Shown here: positions 1 to 13,590 of the stretch, one piece after another
Layout of the letters: every line of letters begins with the position of its first letter
Position numbering within the stretch: the stretch's first letter is position 1
NCBI RefSeq assembly: GCF_009914755.1
Contig: NC_060930.1
DNA length: 64,000 bases
Reading direction: 5' to 3' (one strand)
Source: the human T2T-CHM13v2.0 reference genome, Homo sapiens
Position numbers and translations under genes: made by a program
The notes under the pieces: generated by a model
What the model saw: only the letters and a program-made list of their open reading frames with translations
Databases searched by the model: none
What the model was told of the DNA's origin: nothing

Positions 1-163
1 ACAAATGTTGTCAGAGACAATGTGTCAGTTATAGTGAATCCTTTTCTTACAGAGCAGACTTCACTCCGCATTTTTGTTGGTGATAGTTTAAGTAATGCCC
101 CATACTTTGAAAATCACAAATGATTAAGGTCCAGGCAACTAAATAAATTTCTGTCAGAGCCCC

Positions 164-288
164 AAAATGTGGGTTTTCTGATACTTATCAAAAAAGGCTA
201 GATGTTGTGGGTTTTCTGATACTCAGAAAATGTGATAATCAGAAAATGTAGGTTTTCTGATACTCACCAAAAAAGGCTAGATGCTGTG
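164..288. repeat. Local imperfect duplication of an ~46-bp unit
   Basis: aaaatgtRggttttctgatactYaYcaaaaaaggctagatgYtgtg at 164-209 and 243-288, with a partial third copy between. Confidence 0.85.
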
Positions 289-898
289 TGTTTTATCTCT
301 AGCCATGTTTCTTGGGATCTAAAATAGCTGGATTGTATATTCCTAGATGTTTTCCATACAAGAACTTTGGGGTGTAATGAGTTGGAGGGGTGAGATGGTA
401 TTACTAATAGCGTTGATAGACCTACTTTCTGTAAATAGTGGCTGGGTTCTTAACTGGCACCAGATTTTAGTGCAGGTCCTAAAAATTGGCTAATACTAGT
501 GCTTGTCATAATTTAGCATTCCTTTTTTTCCCCTTAGGGGTGATCCCACAGCTGGAGTGTAAAGACTCGCTATTGCCATCTATTGGTGCATGCTGGCTAC
601 TTCATAAGATTTGCAGTGGGTGGGGAAATTGCCTGGGATCCCTTTTCTATTTGTTACCCTTTAAATGAAGAAAATTTCTGTTAGTGAACTTACTGCATGA
701 GAGGGAGGACATGTAAGATGCCAGAGCCCACTCTGGTCCTTCTGGGACTTAGAGGACACTCTGAGTGCCGCCTTTGTGCTTTGGTCTGTCGTGTGCTGAA
801 TGGATGGTTAGGACCTCACCTACCGCACAACTCCATCTGGTATGATATTTCTGGTGGGAAGTTTCTGCAGCTATCTTAGAAGCATTCCACTGGATTTT

Positions 899-1166
<268 letters not shown>

Positions 1167-4100
1167 TGGATTTTTATTTTTTAATAAGCTGTATAGCATT
1201 GTAGAATACAATTTCTTCTTATATTTCTCTTGCATTTTGAAAAAAAAAAAAGGAAGTAAAACAGGATTCTCGCCTCACAGGGTCATTCCCTTTGCCTTTC
1301 CAAACATGCCCATTGCCAGGAGAGTTCTGGCAATTTGCAGTTGGGTGTTGAGTAATCTAAAATTGAGAGACTGCTAGGGTTTTTGTTGAAATGATATTTT
1401 AAAAACTAAATAGGGAATCCCATCGAGAGATAGTAGAAAGGCAAATTAACATTTTAACTCGCTCTTCTAGGCTTTTAAAACTGAATGTACTTAGATAATT
1501 TGTTCACTCCTTGTAACTACAACAGCCTATTAGAAATTATTTTGGCCAGATCCTGGCTGGATTCTGTAGCTACTTGCATGTGTTACTCTGACTCTTACTG
1601 TCTTTATGTAGTCCCTTCTGCCTTAAGATCTATCTGCTTTTTGCTTGAGACTGTCCTGAGACCAGCAGTCTTTGACGAGAAGAGTATTTGTGGCTCTTCC
1701 CTCCTGGGCTTGGAGTTGTATCCCTCATAACAACGGGGTTATGCCGTGTGGGGATGGCGGCGCAGACAGCCTTCCATAGGTGGTAAACTATAACTGTGTC
1801 ATTTGTGACTGACAGAACAAAAGGGCTTTGTTGCCACTTTAATTGTTGATTAATGATGATCCCTCTCAAATTTGACACGGTTGCTTTCTAGAACACAAAA
1901 GAAGTCAATGTCAGATGTTTCCTTGATCATGACAGTCATGATTTTCAGGCAGTCTTGGTTCTCTGACATTTCAGGATGCCATAGAAGATTTCAAGAAACA
2001 TAATTGAATAATTTTATTAATTGAATAAAAAACTGTACTGCATATTACTTTTCATACTGTTTGTGCAGGATGTCACCAGCTACCTGAGATTTATATGCAC
2101 CAAGTCATGTTTTATTTGGGAAAAAGTTCATATCTTGTAGATATTTAGTGCTATTATCTTCGATTTTTTAATTTTTTTCCTCCTCTTTCCTACCCCCCTA
2201 ATCCTTCCCTGGAATTAAAAAAAAAAAAGATTCACCTTTCTCTCTGATGCCTGTTTTCCACTTTAGTATTCCAAGGGAGTGAAGTGTCTGCGAGCAAGAA
2301 TGGTGTCTTCCTGATGTGGTGGTGATGTTTGGATTTGCAAGGCTTGCCTTGTCCTTGGGCTGGCTTCTTCATGGATAGAGCTGATGAATATATTTTTAAG
2401 TAGTTATGTCAGCGTTCCTAAGGGTGACTCACAGTTCTGAAGTAAGTTAACGTGTTGCCTAAATGAGTTACTCCTCATTGGAAGGGCTAAGTGGAAGGAA
2501 ATGCAGATTACAGATTGTATTGCTACTATTTAATCTTTAAGGGAGTAGGGGAGTGGATTTTTGGAATTGTGATATCTTTCTAAAATATATATGAATGAAT
2601 TTTTCACCTTCCCCTCCACCTTCTAAAGTGCTAGGTGGTAGTACTAGCACTTTAAAAGTCAGTATATTTTGCTGTTTTACTGGCAGTTAGAAAGTTGGCG
2701 CTAGAAATCTTTAGCAATACTGACAGTTTGGAGATTTAGATTTTACTTCTCCAAAATAATCAGGACTTTTCATCTACTCTTACGAAATGATAGATCCAAA
2801 AGATTTATTACAGAAATTACTACATTCAGGTACCACTTGTTTTTTTAAGAGGAGGTCAAAGATCACAGAAGCTTGGAGCTAGAGAGAGCCTTAGCTTCCC
2901 TTTTTAAAATAGTCCTTAAAAAAACCACCTAAGAAAAAAAGACCCAGCTTGCCCTAGGTGACAAGTTAGGTGAACTAAACTCAGGTTTTGTGACACCACT
3001 ACTCTTTTGCTTGTACCACTGACCAAGCAAAACATCATAATGTTTCATCTTGAGGGGAATTCAACTAACAAAAGATTTCTTTACGCAAATTCCGGCTATG
3101 GCAAATGTTTATTCTAAATAGCTTCCTATGTAACTTAATTAAGACAAGTGCTGCAAATATTTAATATCCTGCGGTTTTTTGCATAAACAAAGTGTTCCAT
3201 CAGTTTATGTGTAAAGCAAGAAATGAGGCTGTGGACCACTAGGGCTCCATCTCCAGAAGTACCATAAAGCAGGCATTCTGCGTAGGATAACTCTGCTTAC
3301 AGAGCCAGCTGACCTCCCGTTTTGTCATTGTGTGATGCCCTCCCATTCTGGTAAATCAAACCCTGACCGTTTAAAACTGTGGGAACTGGGTGGACCTTGC
3401 GCTTAGAAGGATATGGTCTATGCTAGTGCCTCTCATTACAGAGTTTGCTATGAATTGGTCTCTGCTAGCCTCTGGGTTCACTTGAGGATGTGTTTATTTT
3501 CTCTTTACTGTTCAGGATGTTTACAACCATTCTGTGTGGTTTGCTCGCAACCGCACTTGCATTTGAATTTGGTGGGCAGCTTGCCCTGGGTAGAGGGTAT
3601 CCCTTGCCCGACCCCCCACAACCTCCAGTGCGCACACACACGGGCACACTCTTGTTTCTTTGAGTGGCTGCCAGGTTTGTAGTGTGTGTGTCTGGGGGGC
3701 GAATGGAGTGGGTAATTATTTTGGGGATGGAAACACAGGAAATTTTTTTTTTTTTTGAATAGGCCTTTCAGCAAGTTGGCAAAGCTTCAGGGCCAGCTCC
3801 CACACCGGCACAAAGAGCGCAGCCATGCCGGTCATTTTGCATTTGCCAGACACGAACTGTCTGATTTTTTTTTTTTTTTTTTTTTGAATGAACAGACCCT
3901 CCCTCCCACCCTTTCCTTGCCCTTTGTTTAGAATTGGGATGTAATCTAAATAATTGGATTTACCAGCTTACGTTTTTAATATTGGAAAATTGAGTTAATA
4001 AAATGATGTTTTGGCATGTACTTCCCTCAGCAAGGGAACAGCTGTGCATTCACTTTAAGCCGCCTGGTCCCCCTTGCTCCTGCTTGATCCAGCTGATTTG

Positions 4101-5740
4101 TGTGTCACGCCATGCCCTTCTTGGGTTTGCAGGCTATCAGAAATCCTGGACAGAAATAGGATTTAATTAACCTGGAAATTGCTGTTGTGCCGCAGTCAGG
4201 GCTACCCTAGAGATTGAGTGCACAGATAGCAATAAGCTGGTTAACTCTACACTGTTGATGACCCCAGAGGAAACCTGGAGAAACAGTGCCACCCTTGTGT
4301 GAAGCTTCTAATGGCAGGATGCCCAGGAAGCTTCTAAATCAATCATTTGGGGAGGAAGGGGCACAGGGAGGGTATTACAAAAGAAAAAAGTATTTGGCAT
4401 AGGACTGTTAGTTCATCCCTGGGGTTTCTTTACAAGCATGGTCTCGTGATTTATTGGTTAACTTTCCAAATAATGTTAGTGTGTATCTTGCTGTGCTCCT
4501 TCGTTCTCATAAAGGTGCTATATATTTTATTTTAACAACAAACAATGAAGATTGATTTTGGTAAATTTTTAAGCGGTGATACCTAACAGCAAGTGAGAGG
4601 TGGCTGTGGGAGGCTTAGCAGAAAAAGAAAGTCACCTTCCATGTAGCTTAGGGAGTGGATGGATGGGGAAAGGACAATAGGGATCTTTCCCCCTTCGAGC
4701 TCATGCAGCTTGATCAGGAAGTACAAATACTCTCTGATGTATGTGGTGGTCTTGTTGCATGAGGTGTGTCAGGAGCCGCCTCTTGGGCCCAGCGACTGTG
4801 GCCTGGGAACAGTTGTGCTGTGTGAGGCCATGTGGAATACAATGAAATGCCAAGGGTTAGAAAAGCGCCTTGTGCCACAGGGTGACTGTCAGCCGGAGGC
4901 AGACCTTATTTGGCTTCTGCGAGATGATGGTGAGAATGGGCAAGTGGCATGGTAAATTCTTAAGGGAGGGCCATGTAGGCTGGTGCCTAGTTGGTATTTT
5001 TTTGTTTTCGTTTTCAAATATCAGCCTCTATATTCAAGACACAGTTTTATTCTTAACGAAACTGAATTCCTGTCTACCTTCAGGTAGACTTCTGCTGGGA
5101 TGGCTACTAACTTTACCTGGAGCACAACAATACCAAGGCTCCTCCTCTCCTGTTGCTATTGGATCTGTTTCACAAACATGCACCAATCTCCCTTTTCCTC
5201 TGAGTTGCCATTCAGTCTGCCCCTCTGCTCAGATACCATGTGTGTACTGTATTCTGTGATTCCTAAATCATGAGTGATGGGTTGTATAATTCTCAGCAAC
5301 TATAGCAGTATAGTGTTCCTCCCCTCCTCCTTTCCAGCATCTATGGAGGCCTTGTCCTCTAGACTTGGTAAGGCCTGTATATAGAAGTGGACCAGAAAGA
5401 GGAGACTGCAGTAGAGAGTCTTGTGTATACCAACAGAAGGGCAGAGCAATGGCTTTGGGGTTAGGTGGCTGGTTATGCATGAGGTACTGCTTTAGGATGG
5501 TCACCTCTCTCCGAGGAGGTGACTTCTGTGCAGAGGCTTCTGTGCGGGAAGTGGCCTCTATTACAGAGTAACAGGCCTGGATTGTTTGCTTCTCTTATCT
5601 GGCCTAGAGGATGAGAAGCCGCCAGGCATGGCAAGAGAAAGAGTATTCCAGATGGAAGGAGCTGTTTGGAGTAAGCAAGATCCCCTTGGACCATTCCTGC
5701 AATCCCTACCTTTGTCTTAGGCCATTTGTTGCCACATAAA

Positions 5741-5796
5741 ATACACTCTATGGGATCCCATACACTCCCATACACTCCCATATACTCTATGGGATC
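5741..5796. repeat. Short tandem repeat (catacactcc units flanked by actctatgggatc x2)
   Basis: atacactctatgggatc-ccatacactc-ccatacactc-ccatatactctatgggatc read directly. Confidence 0.75.
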
Positions 5797-8491
5797 AAAT
5801 CCGTAAATGGTCATTCATTTTAACACCTTTTATTTTGAGACAGCTTAAATGGTGTTCACTCAGCGGGGCTGATTTTGGTTATGAATGAGGGACCATGGAG
5901 CTCCTTGGCCTGGCAGGTTTTAGTGAGGGAGTGCACACCAGAAGGCTGTGCTCACAAGGCTTTGCCTAACCTGCCACGTGGAGGTGGCGTGGCATGACAG
6001 AGACAGCTCTCACATAGGGACCCATAGGTTCGTCTGCTGCTCCTATTTGTTTTGCCATCCAAGCTATGTGACCCAGGGTGGGTCTCACCCTTCTCCTAGT
6101 TACTCATGTGTACAGTGAAGGGGATCTTATTAAGATCCTTGAACATAACAAAGTGACCAGCCTTTCTTATTTCCCCAAACAGCAGCTCGTATCCGTCTTC
6201 TTCTGAACTTATTTGAACTTTGTAGTCTTTTAATTCACATACACGCCCCAGTGATGATCTGATCTGAAACATCTATTCCCTCACCCCCACTGCGCCAACC
6301 CTATGTTGTACCATATTGTAAATAAAATGTTATCCTCTGAATATATCAACATACTTCTTCCTCTGCTGGTTTACATTTACTTGATTTGATCTTTTCACCT
6401 TGGCTTGCTGGAGGGCTTGATTTAATTGGTTTCATTGACATAAAGGGTACATGTGGAGTTCCTGGAATGAAGGTGTCTTCTGTAAGGGATCTCCTTGAAG
6501 AATTAATAAAAAAAACACATGAAAGTAAATTACACCATGATTGCTACTTCCGTGGTGCGTGTGAAGGACACACACCTTCTCTGGGGCTGTGTTACCCAGG
6601 GCAGGAAGGCCCATCCTGACTACATGCAAGGCCCAAGGCTTGGGAGGGCACGTATTTTATTTTTCTCTCAAACATTTATGTTTTTACCTCTTCAACCCCA
6701 GGAACCCCGTGCTCTCTCCACCCCAACCCCACAGTGATTCTGAACCTCTTTTATCCCAGTTCTTTTCATTTTTGCTGTAATAATGGAATGGCAGGTAGTA
6801 TTCTGTTGAAAATGCCAGTCAGCTGATGGCAGGGAGTGAGGAAATAAATGGTGTGGTGGGCGGGTATGCCGCCTCCCCTGGAGGGCTGAGGCCCCACAGG
6901 CTGGGTGCAGCCTCACCTTTCTCCTCGTGCTTGCCAGGTGACCTCCTCCTTTACCCCAGGCTTCTGCTGCTCCTGCCATTAGCATCTCTAGGTGCAAATA
7001 TTGTGAGTTTTCAGCACATCCAAATCACTTTCTTCCATTTTCCTATATCCAGCATTCTAGAAGGAAACTCCTGTCCCTGAAGCCTGTCTGTACTGTTTAG
7101 AGGGCTTACTCAGGATTTGGCTGTGCCATTCAAGCTCTTTGGTTGTATGGGGCTCTTAATCCCCACGGGACTCTGCAGGTTGAAAAGCCACACTGCAGAC
7201 CTACCCTTTTTAGACAATACAGGTTCTTCTGGCCTCTTTATAAAAGATATTGGTTTGTCTTGTTCTTTAGTTCCTGGTTTCATCTGGGTCTCACAAATGT
7301 TTAATCACTTGGGAGCTTGGCTTCTTCCTCTAAGGGGTAATTTATTTTACTGCCACTTTTTAATGTGTTATTGCCTTATTTTTCATAGCCTCACTGGGAA
7401 AGTCATTAGGCACCAAGCACCTTTTATTTGAGCATTGGTAGGAGCAGTTTATCTTTGAGGTCCTGAAATTGTAAAATATCTCACAGTGTCTCGCTCCGTT
7501 GTCTGTGCTTCGTCTGTGTTTACTTGTTTGTTTCTCATTGTCGCTGCACAATCTTCTCATCGTGTATAGGGTTTGTTTTCCCTGACTTCTAAAAAAGCTG
7601 TAAACCCTTAACATCCTGTTAACATGCAGGCAATATTTCTATAAAATTCCTGCAATACTCAGAGTGCGATTTGCGTCCATTCAAATGAAGATGTATATAT
7701 TATGTAATTGCCAATTAAAAATACTTTTCAGTAGAATTAAAAACCAGCAATTTTTCTAAATATGGCACAACATTTCCTTTGTTTTAAAACAGTCTGGGAG
7801 GTTGGTGGGAAGGAAAGCCTCATGGGAAAAGCAGGGCAGTTGTGTTGGGTCAGTCTACCTGGCAGCTGGTTGGAATGTGGACCAAGGGTTCTGTAGCCTT
7901 CCCTCCTCTGACACTGTGTGCTCGAGACCTGGCCATCACCAGGTGCCTGTGAATTGATACAGAAATTGAGAGCCAGCCTTGAGAAACCTCTGCAGTTTGA
8001 TGGAATGATTTTGTGTCTGTTGAGTCCCAATAAATTAGGCTTGTGTTTTGTCTTTTTAAATTGCTTTTTGCCCCCTTGTTCTATTTTTTTATGTAATTAA
8101 AAAAAAAAAGACATTTGTAACAGATGGAAAATTTAAAAGGGGAAAAACAACCAAGCAGAAAACTGCTCCTCATCTGTGATAGATGAAGCTCTGTGATTGT
8201 CGGAATATCCCCGTCACCCTAACTGCCCCCCACTTCATTGTCCCATGTGAAGATCCTGCCTCTGGGCTTCTGGTCTGTCATGACTTATATAGAGGCAGGC
8301 AGTTGGTTGCAAAAAAGCTCTCTTTGTTCCCCATGACATAGAGATAGTGGCATTGCCTGATCCCACCCTCCCCCTTATTTTTTAAAAAATAACACTAGGG
8401 AATTTCTGTTAAACTTGATTCACTTCCTGCTGTTGCCTTGTTAATGTGACTGTTTCATATCAGTTATTCCTGGGTTCTAAAGTGCTTTTTG

Positions 8492-8821
8492 GGACAGGCA
8501 TCATGGCTCATGCATGTAATCCCAACACTTTGGGAGGCCAAGGCAGGAGATAGGCTTGAGGCCAGGAGTTCAAGACCAGCCTGGGCAACATGGGGAGACC
8601 CTGTCTTTATCAAAAAAAAAAACCCAGCAACAGCAACAAGCCAAAAACAGCTGGGTGTGGTGGCACATACCAGTAGTCCCAGCATTTAGCAAGGCTGAGG
8701 TGGGAAGATCTCCTGAGCCCAGGAATTTGAGGCTGTAGTGAGCTATGATAGCGTCACTGCACTCCAGCCTGGGTGCAGTGAGACCCAGTTTCAGTAAAAA
8801 GGTTAAAAATAAAAAAAAAAA
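8492..8821 (+). mobile_element. Alu (AluJ-like)
   Basis: Diverged dimeric Alu with expanded middle linker and A tail; aaagtgct on both sides. Confidence 0.92.
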
Positions 8822-9290
8822 GTGCTCTGAATGACCTACATTGTTTGTAGATTTTTTTTAAGGACTATAGATTACCCACTAAGTAGTTGGAGTCACACTT
8901 TGTCCGTTTTGGTGGATTGTCAGTTTGTATCAGGAATATTATTAGACGGTGGTGTTTTCGATGGTCATAGGGGAGACAAGAGTAGACACTGCTTAGGACA
9001 TACAAGGGAATTTAAGGTTAAAATGAGATTGGAAATTCCTCATAACATTGTAGTACTTTATATTTCGGGAGTGTGGAGGATTTATGAGGTTAAATTTAAA
9101 GGTATTAGTTTTGATGAAGTAGGCAATCATTGTGTATTTTCTTGTAGGAATTTGTTAAATAGTATAATTTTTTTTTAAATGTTACAGCATTTTGAGCATC
9201 AACAGTTTAAGATAAATGCTTACTATTTTATATAATCCACTCCCAACCATGTCTTTAAGGGAATACATCTGCTCTCTTTTACTTACTTAG

Positions 9291-9596
<306 letters not shown>

Positions 9597-9896
9597 ACTT
9601 ATTTAGTTTTATTAGTTAATTGTCTTGAGTGGCATTGCATTATCCATCCTACGTAGTGTTTGGGATTCTGATGAGGTCTATTTCAATCCCTGTACTGTGT
9701 GGCTGTTTCTTGGTTCTTTTTGTTGTTGTTTTCCTGCCCTCAAAGAATGTTTTTCAAATACCTCTCTGAGCAGGTCTAGGTGAACAGTTTAAAGTAGGGC
9801 CCAGTTTCTCATCCTTGCAAGTGCTCACTATTGCGTGAGTGGAGACCTTTACGATTAGAGGAGGAGGGACTATTAGGCAATTGACGATACATATCA

Positions 9897-10296
<400 letters not shown>

Positions 10297-11133
10297 CACT
10301 GTTCCAAGATCTATTAGGATTTGTTTTGATAGAAAGGAATTTCTACGTAAGATATTCAGGTGAAAGGAATTGAAATGTACTCTGTAGTTAACAAATGGTA
10401 AGTTAGGGAGTTAGCATAGGATTGTAATGGGAAAGAAGCCTGAAGAGTAGATTAGGGCTATTTTCTGTTTTAATGTCTATCAAATAGTTGCAATTTGACC
10501 TTGTTGGCAGAGGGTAACCCAGAATTTGGGATTGGAGGGGGCGTAGATAGACTAGAGACATACCTTTTTTTCTGTAGTACAAACTTGAATTGTTGTAGTG
10601 AACTTTTCGTGGCCGAATTTAGAAGTGGCGACAGGGACACTGATGGCTAAATAGGCAAAGGTGACCTGGATGTAATGACACAGAAGAGATGTGGGTATGG
10701 ATTTGTGACCCCGTTAGATGGACGTATAGGATGTATATAAATACAGCAGGATAATGTAGTGTTTTCTTCTTTACTGTCAGTGGAAATAAATGAACACCAT
10801 TAAGCTGATGATGTCAGATACCGTGTGTAGTTTTTAAATACTCAGGCAAACATAGTGTGTACATAGGCATGTATTTCTACACACATGTATACACATGTCC
10901 ATGACACACATTTTATATCCATGTACAAAACATAGTCCTTTAACCAAATTTATTGCGCTTGAAAGTAGGCCTGTGGTTTATGAGAGTGTGAGAGATATAG
11001 AACCTTAATTAGGAAGAGTTTGCTTGAAATAGGATCTTTTTTCCCCTTATGTGTCATGATTTTATTGCCGCACGTAGGCCTATATCCTCCAGTCTCTGCT
11101 TAATTTATTTTTAATTTTCTTTTGCTTTTGCAG

Positions 11134-11303
11134 GCCCAGGCTGCAAGCACAAAGGAAGTTTGCTCAGTCTCAGCCGAATAGTCCCAGCACAACTCCAGTA
11201 AAGATAGTGGAGCCATTGCTACCCCCTCCAGCTACTCAGATATCAGACCTCTCTAAAAGGAAGCCTAAGACAGAAGATTTTCTTACCTTTCTCTGCCTTC
11301 GAG
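11134..11303 (+). CDS. JARID2: JARID2 internal coding exon (probably exon 4), 170 nt; (R)[56 protein letters not shown](G), containing K116 and the SUZ12-contacting segment
   Basis: Polypyrimidine tract and ttttgcag acceptor; CGAG|gtaag donor. Manual translation matches the JARID2 N-terminal region and the phase-1 end fits the next exon. Not in the ORF track. Confidence 0.96.
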
Positions 11304-12199
11304 GTAAGACTTTGCAACCATCGGCGGAGGTCTACGTGGAATCTACATGTAAGCCTGAGGTCTACGTGGAGTAACCTTAGCTTTACTCTCTGCCATGTTC
11401 ATTTTTCTGTCCCCAACCTGGGTTGAGGGGGAATTGAAAGTGAGAAATCCCACCGAGAGAGTGTGTGCTGGGTGTGGCTTTTGAACCATCAGTTAAGTTT
11501 TATTTCCTTTTTAATATGACTCTTAACACCCTACTTCCTGGCTTCTCAATGCACAATTATGCAGTTTCTAACTTTGACTTCTAATTTGATTTCTCTGCAC
11601 CATACCACCACCTTGACACACACACATTGCTGACTTGTTTTGTAAGGCAGTTTTTTTTTGATGCAGGACTTTGGGGCTGTGAAGGCCCCTTTCTTTGTGC
11701 TTCCTAAGGCCTGTCAATAAGCCATGGTGATGAGGGACTTACGGTTCTCTCAGCCCTATATTACGTTAAGGAAAACAGTACTGGTACTTTCAGAGTCTAA
11801 TTGACAGTGCAAATACTGGTCCATGTTTCAACTCGGACCAGTTAACGGAGGCCAGGTGGATTTGGGATCTGCTGAATAGAGTTATTTGTGAAAGTGTTTG
11901 TTGCAGTTTCCTTATTACTAAGTTTTCTAATAGCTGTGAGGAAAGAACACAGAAGATTGAGAGAATAAGGAGTCATTTCTGGAGGAATGATAGAAAATTT
12001 AGGAAGTCCTGAATGCAGAGAGTTCCTTGGGTGAGGTTATTTGAGAGAAAATGAGCAGAAGGAGAGGGCCTTTGCTATTGGACATCTGTGGGAAAACCTT
12101 GAGGTTCATAGTCACTTTTATTTGATAAATATTTTGATAATTTATTATTACAGACAGATTTTAAGTTAACCTTAAAAAGTTTCCACCCATCATCCCTCA

Positions 12200-13260
12200 C
12201 TCAATACATTAGTGTGTCTTTCCTTCAAATAAGTACATTTTCCTATAACTGTCAAAGTTAAGAAGTTCACAGTGATACGTGGCCCCCATGCAGTCCTCAA
12301 ACCTCTGTTTCACATTTGTTCTGAAGGTGCTTTGTAATGTCCAAGTTTAGAGCAAAAGGACCCAGTTCAGAATTAGGCGATGCCATTAATTGTCTGTAGT
12401 CTGCTTAATCTGGAAGAGTTCCTCATTGTTTGTCTTTGACCTCAACACTTGAAAATTACAGGTCAATTATTTTTTAGAATGTCCCTTAATTTGGGTGCCT
12501 GGTGTTTCCTCATGATTACATTCTGGTTTGTGTTCTTGGCAGGAATGCCACAAGGGAAGTGATTCCTCCTCCTTGTTGTTGGGTCCTCTGTGGGGATACA
12601 CAGTTCAGTCCTTCCCTTTCCACACTCGTGTTCATGCTGATCATTCGACTGTGGTGGGCCTGTTAGGAGTAAAGTTGCCCGTCTCAGCCTTTGCAGTGTA
12701 TAAGTGTTAAGAGAGGATATTCTTTGAAACTAGTACATACTTCTCATCATCTTTATCATAATTGTATGCGTATGGGCTTCCTATTTTATTCAAAGGGTTA
12801 TAATCTGTTACTCCTATTATGTATTCTGATGTTCAGATTGTCCCAGATCACCGCCTCATCCGTGGATCCTCATCAGGCTGGCTTTTTATTCCATTTGACA
12901 TGTCCCTGTCATCCTTCCAGCCTTGCTTCTGGCACAACAAAATGTTCCAGGCTCATGGTGTACTTTCCCGCCCTCAGTCCTGGAATTGGCCATGTCTTCA
13001 AGGAGCACTGCTTTCTTATAGGGATAAGTGCTGTTGAGGAGCCAAGATCTGGGCACTAGGGATGCTGGGAACTATGGGAATGTCATTTCTCCCAGGTGCT
13101 CTTAGTAGACTGAGGTTGCATGTTTATAAGGGTCTATCCGAAGTTCTGTGTATATTAAAATCCGTGAGTTAGCAGCCATACCTCCAATTTCAATTTAACA
13201 CTAAGGGAGGTTCATGTGCATTCATCCCTGAGGAACTTGGCTCCTGTAATCCTTAATATA
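12200..13260 (-). mobile_element. Old L1 3'-end fragment (L1MC-like); boundaries approximate
   Basis: Motifs tagaatgtcccttaatttggg...gtttcctcatgatta and ccaagatctgggcactagg resemble recalled L1MC 3' UTR consensus. Confidence 0.6.
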
Positions 13261-13590
13261 CTTACTTGCTCTGTCTTTTCAGTGTAATCCACCTCCCATC
13301 TCTGCTTCTCTGCTGCCCCCACGATGGGAAACTCAGCCCTGACACCCCATATGGTTGCTCCTCACCCCCTCTCCTTGCCCAATTGCCCTGCCTTACTAAT
13401 TGGCTTTGGGACTGAATTGTTGGGGGGGAAATTTTGACATTATAGGATAGTTCTTGGTGATTCTTAACACATAAGAAAGGAGAGTTATTAATGTATTTGT
13501 TAGAAATTTTGTAGCCCTTGTCGGTTGTTGAGCCTTGAAAACAGGGAGATACGAGGTAGGTGGGGTTCCCACCAGTTTATCTCCATTAGC

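Noticed and set aside
164-288. Repeat-spacer-like look of short direct repeats (also 11327-11370 and 57397-57441)
   Set aside because: Only 2-3 copies, no unique regular spacers, eukaryotic intron and no cas genes; not a CRISPR array.
1312-1334. 10-bp stem attgccagga-gag-ttctggcaat
   Set aside because: Short stem with a wobble; expected by chance in a window this size.
2624-2654. Hairpin TAAAGTGCTAG-n9-CTAGCACTTTA starting with a miR-17/302-like seed (AAAGTGCT)
   Set aside because: Only an 11-bp stem and 31 nt in total; the flanks do not extend it, so it is too short for a pre-miRNA.
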